A stretch of DNA of 63,548 bases, filler included, from Conidiobolus incongruus B7586 (lineage: Eukaryota): NCBI GenBank assembly GCA_000697335.1. It is 8 parts of 8 records of this genome, joined end to end, with 100 filler letters (N's around TTAATTAATTAA, not from the genome) between each part and the next. Parts side by side here need not be neighbours in the genome. Positions count along the whole stretch, not along the records: positions 54,758 to 57,119 come from JNEM01000123.1; positions 57,220 to 61,401 come from JNEM01000136.1; positions 61,502 to 63,548 come from JNEM01000145.1; 5 more parts are not named here. The stretch is one strand, 5' to 3'. Under the pieces are notes generated by a model. It worked only from the letters and a program-made list of their open reading frames with translations. It was not told the DNA's origin and searched no databases. The translations under genes were made by a program, and so were the position numbers. Positions 56,901 to 63,548 of this stretch are shown here, piece after piece (position 1 is the first letter of the stretch; each line of letters begins with the position of its first letter).

Positions 56901-58089
56901 TAAATGAAATATTAATAGATAAATAATAAATAAATATATATTTTTATAAATTATTAAGTTTTTTAATTAAATTTTTATATTAACTTTTGCTTATAATAAT
57001 ATAATTATTTAAAACAATTTTAAAGTTAATATTAGATAAAGTATTTAATAGTTTTATAATAAAATAATATAAATTTTTTAAGATTAATTTTATTAATTTC
57101 TTTTAAAATATAAAAATAANNNNNNNNNNNNNNNNNNNNNNNNNNNNNNNNNNNNNNNNNNNNTTAATTAATTAANNNNNNNNNNNNNNNNNNNNNNNNN
57201 NNNNNNNNNNNNNNNNNNNTTTATAACTTATTTTTATAGATTAATATATAATATTAATTTTAAATTAATGAAATATTATTAATAATCTAATATTTAATAA
57301 TTTTACTCTGTTAATATAATAGAAAATTAGTAATAAAATAACCAAAATATTTAATCTATATATTAACTAATAACTAATTTTATTTCTTATATAAAATCTT
57401 AAAAAAGATAATAAAATAATTAAAATATATGATTTTCTTATATTATCCAATTAAAAAATTCAATTTAAATTAAAATCAAATTATTATTTTAGAATAATTA
57501 TAAGAATGAATAAAATAATATATTATAAAAATATAATTATTTCAATTCTATAGTCTATATTTATTATATTATCAAATTTAATAAAAAATAATTATAATCA
57601 ATTAATAATTTATTAACCAATCAAATATAAAATACTATCTTTATTATTATCTATATTCAAGCTATAGTTAATTTACTTATTAATATAATTTAAGAATTTA
57701 ATATAATTGTTTAAAATTCTATCAAATATTTATTCAAATAATTTATTTATTTTTTCTGAGTGTATTGATCCTATTTGATATAATATAATAAAATAATCAA
57801 TTATAAATTAAATAAAATTTATTGATGATTTATATTTAATTGGTAAAAATATAAATAAATTTTTTAATTTAAATATTATTAAAGAAAATGATTAAAATAA
57901 TATTATTACAATTTATAATATATAAGGATTTTTTTTAAAATTTAATATTCTATAAAAATCTACAAGTATATGATTTTTTATAAACTAAGAAAATTATAAG
58001 CTTTTGTAAAATATTAAAAATATATTAATAATGGGTTATAACTTAATATCAAAGATTTGATAAAAAAGATATTATACTTGTTGGATATA

Positions 58090-58470
58090 CTAAGAGATAA
58101 GGATAAGTAATAATAAAATAGATTGCTTATAAATCACAAATATTCACAATGTCACTAACCAAAGATTACAAAGATCTGGTATTATCTTGGTTCTTGACTT
58201 AATCACTAATTGGTAAGTAATAGCTTAAAAATTCAAATAATTAAGGGATTTATAAAGAAAAAGGTCTTTTCATTGTAGTGTTCTCAGCTAAGGTTATATA
58301 TCCATGGTAATTTATAGATTATGACTCACTTTCTAAGGGGTTAAAGTTCATCAGTACTGAGATAAAGACTATGGGTGGCTAATGAGGCTTTGCTGTATAT
58401 CAGTGAATCAAAAGTGATGACAACATCCAATGACATCATGGAAGTGGCTTTACTATTAAAATACTTGCCT
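58090..58470 (-). pseudogene. Intron-containing gene relic of unknown family
   Basis: GC-richer island reading KYFNSKATSMMSLDVVITFDSLIYSKASLATHSLYLSTDEL*PLR, then a ~42-nt GTGAGT...CCTTAG intron, then N*EHYNEKTF. Stops revert by single transitions. No CpG seen. Confidence 0.4.
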
Positions 58471-60600
58471 GTAACATATATTGTATAATAAATTATTTAA
58501 TAGTCGTTTAATGGCAAATGTTTTATCGTAATAATTCAATTCTATAATTTAATTTATGTGCATATTGTTAATAAAATCCTGACCACTTTGTTTCTGAGAT
58601 AAAGGGTAATATAAATAAGAGACTGAAGCTTGTTCATCATTTGGTATATCACTAAAATCAGATTATAAAACAATTATCAATGATATAATTTAGTATTTTT
58701 TTTTAATTGAATATATTGAATAGTAACTTTATAAATGATATAAAATTAAATATATTCAGGTTCAAATATAGCGGATAAAAAATTTATAAATAATATACTA
58801 TATATGTAATTTAAAATTTGAAATGTTATAATCAATCAGATTGGTTTATTGGATAGTTGAAAACCTCAAGTATTTTCAGTACTTTATTAGCAATATAAAT
58901 TTAGGCCCTAGAAATTATGTATTGAGTAGTAGTTGTTTTGATTCAATGAGTTATTTCTATATAATTTAAAGATCAATTAATATAGTGAATTTGGTATTGT
59001 ATTATCAAATTAATAGTTAGTTAAAACCTGAGATGGTAAATGAACTTAAATTTTATGGAATGTTACAATAATAAGTTTAAAAACAATTATACTTAATGAT
59101 TCTACGATATTTCAAACAATTATAGTATATTTTATAATTTGAGTAGGATTTAATTTGTTCTTGCTAATATTTCATATTTAAATAATCTTGTACATATAGT
59201 CAATTATTTCATCAATTAAATATAGTCTATATTGAATACTTTCAACAAAATTTATTTTAAATTGAATTTCAAATATGATCCATTATTTTGTATTTGATTA
59301 TGTTTTTTATAAATTGTCTATATTCAATATGCTCTTATTAGATCATTTTTATTAAACTAAACACTTAATTTGCAAAATACATTATAAAGAATAGATATAT
59401 ATGTTATCCGAAATTATTTAACTAAATTTTAGTAAATTCTAGGTTATCAAATAAAATCTTTATTATTATGTGGACTTAAATTTTCTTAGAATCTGATTAA
59501 CAACTTTGAAAAGGGTATGTAATAGTGATTCCACAAATCAATTTCTTAAATCATATAAGTTACAATACAACCAAATACCCTATTTCTTTAATTGTTTTCT
59601 ATTTTTTATCCTTTTGAAAATTAATAAAGAAATATTATTGTTTATATATTTGATCATATGTATACATATTGAATAAGCATAAAAATATAGTTGGATTCAT
59701 TTAATAACATAAATAATTTATTCATAATATTAAATTTTTATTTTATTGAATATTAGACATATTAATCTAATGTTAATAACTTAACAGTATTTATAAATTT
59801 TGTTCTTATTAAAAATATATTAATTGATATAATTGAGCAAGTTTCAAGGATTGTTCAAAAATATTCAAAAATATGTTTATTCATTATTTTAGCTCTTGTT
59901 AGTTCAGATAGTGTTTGCACTATTAGATCATTTGATATGTGTATTTCTCTAGACCTAAAAATTCTCAGTAATTAAGAAAATATGCTTATCCAATTAATGG
60001 CAGGAACTCACAGTCAGAATATTAAAGGATCGTTTATTAAATGGGTAGAGTAGGGGTAGCATCATGTAAATAGCGGCTTAAAGCCCTTAGTACGCAAGCT
60101 GATGAAAGTATTGAAAATGAAAACGGCACCAATGATATTGATAGTATGAGTGGTTAATTCGAACTTACATCCATGGTTAGATTTTTAATGGAACGATTGG
60201 AGGTGAAAGCCTACAAGGAAATAAGATTTTAGTTTTGAGACAAGTTAATCCAACAACAACCAAGCACAGTGAAAAGATCCCATTAAAGCAATGAGTTATG
60301 ATTTTTAAAGTGTCACCATTGCGGCAGCTTGAAAAATAATATGATACCTTTTTATTATCAATAAATGAACAAAGGTTATATATTTAAAAATTGTTAGTTT
60401 TTATAACATGCAAATTTAATTTTTGAATTTGTATAATTATTAAGTCTAAAAATTGAATTAATTCAATACAGGATTTTAGTTATTAGTATTAAATTAATCT
60501 TATAATAGTATTGAATATATAATTTTTTTTAAAATAAATTTGAAAAAGAGTGAATATTATAAAGTATAGTTTTATTATATTAAATAAATAAGGAAATAAA

Positions 60601-61401
60601 TTAATTTTCAAATGGGTTAGACAACCATAATTTGGCTAAACTAATATTAATCAAAGAAATTAGATTCAATTGACCATCAATGCTAACTGGTATATTGGAT
60701 GGAGAGTGACCAGAGTTGCGGGCAACGTAGAGAAGAGCAGGGTTAGGAGACTTCTTGTTCTTAGCTTGGATAGCAGCGGCAAGCTTGAGAGAGTGAAGAG
60801 GTGATACACGATCATCATAATCAGCAGTGTTGATGAGGTAGTGAGGATAGGTAGTTTTAGATCCAGACTTGGGTAAAGGATTTTCGAGTGGTGAAATACT
60901 GCGAATGACATCAAATTGCTCTTTGGAGTCAGTTGAAGCACCATAATCGCCTACCCATCCACCACCAACGGTGAAGTGTTGGAAGCGAAGTAAGTCGTGA
61001 ACACCAACATCGGCAATACAACCACCAAGTTGGTCAGGGATAAGGTTACAAGTAGCAGCAGTTAATAAACCACCATTAGATCCACCGTTGATGAACAATT
61101 TCTTGTTACCAACGAAACCATATTTGGGATCATTTTGCAAAAAGTCAGCAGCGGCAGAGAAATCTTGGTATAATAATGGCTTATTCAATTTGACAGCCTT
61201 TTGCCACCATTCAGAACCACGTTCACCACCACCACGGATCAAAGCAATTGCAGCAACGAAGTTCTTTTCCTTCATGAGGTAGGCCCAATGAGGACGGAAA
61301 GATGGGTGCTGTTGGATATTGAAACCACCATAACCATACAACAAACCACCAGTAGACTTGTTAGGCTTGAGATTCTTTCTGTGAGCGAGCAAGATAGGAA
61401 T
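60601..61401 (-). CDS. Prolyl oligopeptidase (peptidase S9A), C-terminal catalytic part (cut by gap)
   Basis: LLYGYGGFN, IRGGGERG, nucleophile motif GGSNGGLL, DVGVHDLLRF, ADYDDRV (Asp) and SGH (His). Confidence 0.95.
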   Translation of the reverse strand: MPILLAHRKNLKPNKSTGGLLYGYGGFNIQQHPSFRPHWAYLMKEKNFVAAIALIRGGGERGSEWWQKAVKLNKPLLYQDFSAAADFLQNDPKYGFVGNKKLFINGGSNGGLLTAATCNLIPDQLGGCIADVGVHDLLRFQHFTVGGGWVGDYGASTDSKEQFDVIRSISPLENPLPKSGSKTTYPHYLINTADYDDRVSPLHSLKLAAAIQAKNKKSPNPALLYVARNSGHSPSNIPVSIDGQLNLISLINISLAKLWLSNPFEN

Positions 61402-61501
61402 NNNNNNNNNNNNNNNNNNNNNNNNNNNNNNNNNNNNNNNNNNNNTTAATTAATTAANNNNNNNNNNNNNNNNNNNNNNNNNNNNNNNNNNNNNNNNNNN
61501 N

Positions 61502-61593
<92 letters not shown>
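61502..61593. repeat. (ATA)n microsatellite at contig start
   Basis: About 30 perfect ATA units immediately after the spacer. Confidence 0.97.
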
Positions 61594-61594
<1 letters not shown>

Positions 61595-63548
61595 TATTAT
61601 GATATATTATACTATATCACCAATTGCATGTAAATTCAATAATATAATGTACTGTTATAAATAGTAAGATTAAATTCTGATAATACCAGTATTTAATGCG
61701 ATACTCATGCAATCAAATTTTCTTCTAATCAGTTAATTAATTAAAATCAAGTTTTAATCTATTTAGTAATTATTCTAAACTAAAGTTTTCACGAATTAAC
61801 AAATTGATATTTTTATCGTTAAGAATTGATATATTTTATTATGATTTCACTGTAGATAATACCCTGATTGATTAAGAATGTTATTAATAGATGTTTTTGG
61901 ATAATTTATTTATTCTTAACTAGAAAATTTATAATTATCTTTCTAGTCACCATTTTTTAATATATTATGATTTAAAATTAATAGTTCATCTGTTGATAAT
62001 TTTAAATAATCCATAAAAAATGATTCCAAGGAAATGATTAAAAATAAACTTATTATCAATATACTTATTATCAAAGTCCAGTTCTGCTTTACTATTTGAA
62101 CTAGTTATTTAATATAAATGTTTTCGAATTTGAAACAGTTACACAGAATTCTTTCACCGCATAATTAAATGATATTGCTCTAATTCCTGATTAATTTTGA
62201 ACAACAAAATATTTTTACATAAAATATTTAATTGGATATTTGTTTTCGAATTTAACTAGGACTATAAATCCATCCAAATTCTACATTTAATTAGCAAATT
62301 TAAAAATGTTTTTTATTAATTGCAATTCATCAGTAAATCCTGAATTTCAAATAATTTTATTACTATTATTAAAAATTTATATTAGAATAATAAAACTGAT
62401 ATTTTAAAAACTATTTTCATATCAAAAAATATTAAGATAATGACTGAAGATAAATTTGATATTTTAAATGATATAATAATCAAATTGTCTTTGACACTCA
62501 AATTTAAATCAAATATTATTGGTTCTCAATAATTAGAATCAATAAATTATGCATATTTATTACAAAAACTATATATAATTAAAAATCTTATTTCTGTTAT
62601 ACCCATAAGTATTATTAAAGTTTTTAGTTAACATTAACTTAATAATAATATTTTCAAGGTTGGAAAATATCAAAATAATATTCAGTCAGATGAATTTTGT
62701 AAAAAATTTTACAATGTAGCAATTGATATTTATATATTCAAAGTCGGATTCATATAATGCATAAACTGAATATTAATTTAATATTTACAGGAAATAATAC
62801 ATACTTATATAAAAATAAGTTAAATTGAATACTATTTTAACTGCAACCATTGAAATTATATATTTATGAAAAATAATCTCATTTCATTATAAATTAAATA
62901 TAGATTTAGATTCTATAAAATTTCAGACCCCAAATTTAATGTAGTTCATTATTACAACTTAAAAATTTAAATTTCAGTGATATTTCGTGCACTAATATAG
63001 TCATTCATATGATATCAAATGTAATTCAGAAAATATATTAACATATTTCATATCGATATATTCAAATAACATTACAAAGTTATGTTTATGAATTCATTAT
63101 TTTTAACTTTTTAAAAATAATATTATATATATTTTTCTCAACTGAAAAAAATTTGAATTGTTTCAATAATAAAATTAGACATATTAATAATGTCACAACT
63201 GTTAATTCAATTATACATTATAATATATAGAATTTTATAAATTGAATCTAAAGGGTTATTAATTTAACTATTATCTTTAATGATCACTATAGTTTGTTCT
63301 TATGAAATACAATCATAGTAAAAATACTTATATTTTACTCATATTAAGTGAGCCAAATTGAAATTTATAACATTGATAAAATACATTGAATATTAGTTGG
63401 TTAGTGATTTCTATTTTATTTCGCAAATATGAATAAAGATATCGGTTTAAAATGTTTTATGAAAAAGATATTACCTTTTGTGGTAAATAACTTAATATAA
63501 TTTGTCCTTTACTATTAATCATTGTATTTTAGCTTAAAAATTGCATAT

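Noticed and set aside
57755..57850. DPI*Y...FIDDLYLIG resembling a Copia reverse-transcriptase motif
   Set aside because: I could not find the flanking Copia motifs; a chance match or an F-box/LRR relic is equally possible.
60601..61401. Cyclic-peptide (RiPP) cluster around the prolyl oligopeptidase
   Set aside because: No MSDIN-like or repeat-core precursor and no tailoring enzymes visible; the gene is cut by a gap.

Overview
Very AT-rich eukaryotic (fungal) genomic DNA with short (~40-75 nt) GT-AG introns. Gene style suggests an early-diverging fungus such as a Conidiobolus-like entomophthoralean (inference, not verified). The window is eight contigs joined by artificial 100-nt spacers (44 N + TTAATTAATTAA + 44 N), so adjacency across them is unproven. 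Intact genes: mitochondrial PPR protein, UBE3C/Hul5-type HECT ligase, PIM/PASK-like kinase, SMAP-domain protein, RGS-domain membrane protein, DUF202 protein, Cdc11-type septin, PWI/SRRM1-like splicing factor, mitochondrial bL19, zf-HIT protein, citrate synthase, acetoacetyl-CoA thiolase and phosphatidylserine synthase. COQ1 and a prolyl oligopeptidase are cut by gaps. Two signals not in the ORF track stand out. (1) Apparent AT junk contains a still-readable Ty3/Gypsy pol (RT, RNase H, integrase) and two related mariner transposase relics whose conserved residues were destroyed almost entirely by C:G->T:A transitions, mostly at CpA/TpG, a RIP-like signature. (2) An exact 10-mer, ATCCCATAAT, lies in sense orientation 77-153 nt upstream of five unrelated housekeeping genes, a candidate lineage-specific promoter element.
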